Shown one piece after another: positions 62,501 to 64,000 of a stretch of DNA of 64,000 nt. Position 1 is the first letter of the stretch; each line of letters starts with the position of its first letter. Made by a program: the position numbers and the translations under genes. A model generated the notes under the pieces. The model was not told the DNA's origin. It worked only from the letters and a program-made list of their open reading frames with translations, and did no database searches. The DNA is taken from positions 98,220 to 162,219 of the forward strand of contig NMRA01000500.1 of assembly GCA_002633005.1 (NCBI GenBank), written 5' to 3'. This stretch comes from Phoronis australis (lineage: Eukaryota > Animalia > Phoronida).

Positions 62501-63825
62501 TGTAGACCGCCATGCCACTGAGAGATACTAAATTTTTTGGTGCAACCAGTAAAGCCAGGACTAAGATCAGACCGGCGAGAAAGACAATGTAGATGAACCT
62601 GAAAAAAGAACCGTTATCGTCATTGTAATTACTCGAGTGTTTTTACGTTTTATGTAAAGTAAGAAGCACAAAAAGATGGACAATATTCCATCATCTGGGG
62701 CAAGTGTTATCAAAAGCCGGGTGACTGGTTGTAGTTATATGGTCGACCGCATTCACACACAACTGTCAGAGTCATAAACCATATTGTGTGGCAGTGAGTA
62801 GAATGACGTGTAAGGCCGGCTTAGCTACGACTGGGCGTACGACTTTTGACGGAACCAGGTCCTGGTTCACGCGGATGCGTGGCTCAGGTGACCCAGTAGT
62901 TTTACTACTTTATTCCAATTGGAAATGTTGTTTTATGAAAGATTATACGGGTTTTGTTAATAATATTGTGCACTCGTTTTAGTGAAGTTGACATTACAAG
63001 CTGTTGTAGTAAATGTTTTTAGTGCTTGTTTCTATTAGCTGAGCTTGAATGTTTATACAGGTTAAATCTCCGCAAACAAGAAAAATTTCCTTAAAAGTCA
63101 ATTATTAAGAACTTCGTTAAATGTTATGTTATGTTACAGTGAGTGTTTTGGGAAATAAAGGTTTTTACAAAAATAGAACTGAATGAACGAAAACATGTAT
63201 ACATTGTTGAAAACCCTACATTGTTGTTTTCAGTTAAAATTTTGAGAATGCATACCATTGGAAAATATGCCAATGCTTTGAGAAAAACAAGTGCATCGGT
63301 TTGAGGCATGTTTTCCAAATCTGTTTTCCAAACAGCTTCTTGATGACGTAGTAGACAACACAAAAGGCCGCCAGGCAGGTGATCCATAACAATCGAATAG
63401 ATTCCTCGTCTCCAAATTTGTAAATCATGGCTCCGATGAAGTAGGCGGCATAGCACAATAGAATGAAGACGTAAATACATCGCCATACGATCTGAAAATA
63501 AACGATAACAGCCTTCGTGACATCTAAAGATGAAGATTATTGGAGTATGAATTAGAAACTGCACTTGGAGACATTTTGCACGAGAACATTATACTTACAT
63601 CGTTAGGAAAAACAAGTATTTAAAACATTTATCATACGAGGCTGCATTACTTACATCTTTGTTGTCGGTGTAAAACCTTGACAGGCCGCTTTGTATGCTT
63701 CCAATGCCTCGCTGACAACGGTTGGGATCCTCCCACTCAGCGTCCTCGTGTTGTTGCCATTCAATAGGTGTCGTGGCTGTGCCGTTCATCGGAACGCCAA
63801 CGTGAGTGCCATCTGCTGACTTCTC
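44488..63825 (-). CDS. SLC28A3: SLC28/CNT3-like concentrative nucleoside transporter, copy B. 12 coding exons in window; the first coding exon lies beyond 64000
   Basis: Joined exons 63655-63825, 63256-63491, 62463-62598, 58431-58622, 56794-56955, 55903-56028, 55482-55612, 52999-53182, 49922-50006, 49545-49756, 48772-48952, 44488-44543 give 1872 nt with no internal stop. All introns GT-AG with matching phases. CNT motifs [55 protein letters not shown]. Symbol means CNT3-like; orthology not tested. Confidence 0.95.
46884..47405. mobile_element. 522-bp MITE with 9-bp TSD
   Basis: TIR CTCGCTG(C/G)TTCCCTGCGTGTCCG; flanks gaagaacag (46875-83) and gaagaacaa (47406-14). Confidence 0.8.
48772..48952 (-). 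CDS. SLC28A3: SLC28 copy B exon ([16 protein letters not shown]...ACIAG)
   Basis: 181 nt, ttccag/gtgagt. Confidence 0.95.
49545..49756 (-). CDS. SLC28A3: SLC28 copy B exon ([11 protein letters not shown]...NGFMS)
   Basis: 212 nt, ttctag/gtaagt, HP2 NEFVAY motif. Confidence 0.95.
49922..50006 (-). CDS. SLC28A3: SLC28 copy B exon ([15 protein letters not shown]...AELIG)
   Basis: 85 nt, tttcag/gtaagt. Confidence 0.93.
50762..51080 (+). mobile_element. 3' fragment of a second Penelope-like element family (GIY-YIG C-terminus + pLTR)
   Basis: [18 protein letters not shown]...[29 protein letters not shown] (frameshifted), followed by a hammerhead motif. Confidence 0.8.
50968..51011 (+). ncRNA. 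Hammerhead ribozyme motif, variant core CCGAAGA
   Basis: CTT-CCGAAGA-T-GGCT..AGCC-GAAA-CTG-TC-AAG directly after a Penelope ORF end. Confidence 0.65.
51500..52660. mobile_element. Non-autonomous TIR element
   Basis: atag..gcgagttt..tgtgacgtcacgggaagtggggcaaaa matches the inverted ttttgccccttttccggtgacgtcaca..aaactcgc..ctat. Confidence 0.55.
52999..53182 (-). CDS. SLC28A3: SLC28 copy B exon ([13 protein letters not shown]...ELTFQ)
   Basis: 184 nt, acaag/gtcagt. Confidence 0.93.
53350..54790 (-). mobile_element. HINE-family element with degenerate internal tandem units
   Basis: Recurrent gccaaattt/catgaaa, ccactagggg and cagacgcccagaca motifs; boundaries approximate. Confidence 0.55.
55482..55612 (-). 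CDS. SLC28A3: SLC28 copy B exon ([28 protein letters not shown]...)
   Basis: 131 nt, tgtag/gtgggg. Confidence 0.93.
55903..56028 (-). CDS. SLC28A3: SLC28 copy B exon (SEAPLMIRP...[18 protein letters not shown])
   Basis: 126 nt, tttcag/gtaatg; not in the ORF track. Confidence 0.95.
56794..56955 (-). CDS. SLC28A3: SLC28 copy B exon (VLPVVVFFS...AAGNIFIGQ)
   Basis: 162 nt, tgcag/gttagt, HP1 motif. Confidence 0.95.
58431..58622 (-). CDS. SLC28A3: SLC28 copy B exon ([10 protein letters not shown]...FFAFK)
   Basis: 192 nt, cccag/gtaaag, CNT N-terminal core motif. Confidence 0.95.
60620..62384. mobile_element. TTAA-flanked TIR element (Kolobok/piggyBac-type target) containing the inverted repeat at 60724-61025
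   Basis: TTAA|G(A/T)TTATCTCAAACCTTATT at both ends, 19 bp with 1 mismatch. Confidence 0.7.
60724..61025. repeat. About 115-145 bp arm inverted repeat, probable inverted Penelope pLTR pair, with a degenerate hammerhead-like motif at 60934-60966
   Basis: Arms 60724-60838 and 60880-61025 are reverse complements; the right arm has CCC-TTGACAA-A-GAGCG-CAT-CGCTC-GGAA-CGT-GGG. Confidence 0.75.
62463..62598 (-). CDS. SLC28A3: SLC28 copy B exon ([10 protein letters not shown]...[24 protein letters not shown])
   Basis: 136 nt, ttttcag/gtaaga, completes the split Trp codon; not in the ORF track. Confidence 0.9.
63256..63491 (-). CDS. SLC28A3: SLC28 copy B exon ([18 protein letters not shown]...HIFQW)
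   Basis: 236 nt, tttcag/gtatgc, hydrophobic TM segments; paralogous to 19333-19568. Confidence 0.9.
63655..63825 (-). CDS. SLC28A3: SLC28 copy B exon (cytoplasmic N-terminal region, EKSADG...YTDNKD)
   Basis: 171 nt, ttttaag acceptor, gtaagt donor, phase 0/0; paralogous to 20064-20211. Confidence 0.85.
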
Positions 63826-64000
63826 CTTAAAATGAAGTAAGCAGATTCATGTGTTCAAAAGAAATCAACACATGAAATTGCTTTCTTGATATTCCACATA
63901 TTACCATATATTAACTTTTTAAAAACTGGAAACCTTAAAATACATATACATGTACATTCGGCGAGCTTCCATGTCAAAATCCCTAGCCTTTCAATATCGA

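Overview
Draft-quality genomic DNA from an invertebrate metazoan (AT-rich, spliced genes, N gaps at 3023-3287, 12940-13501, 44684-45555; the repeats look lophotrochozoan, which is an inference). The host content is two tandem minus-strand SLC28 (concentrative nucleoside transporter, CNT3-like) paralogs. Copy B runs from beyond the right edge to a stop at 44488: 12 coding exons, all GT-AG, phase-consistent, 1872 nt, 623 aa visible. Copy A (24792-3419) looks like a pseudogene: a 17-bp frameshift deletion, two nonsense codons and seven central exons not found. Most of the rest is transposon-derived: Penelope-like retroelements with hammerhead-ribozyme motifs (one preceded by a tRNA-like Pol III head), an Academ-like element with a nested CR1/L2-group LINE, Kolobok-like and IS3EU/IS481-like remnants, Helentron-associated HINEs, MITEs and minisatellites. 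Best leads: about 30 TACATGTA octamers that behave like Tc1/mariner excision footprints, the tRNA-like + hammerhead cassette in a Penelope 3' region, a ribozyme-asymmetric inverted repeat, and a sequon-rich loop expansion in both CNTs. All alignments, counts and family calls were made by eye without database searches.
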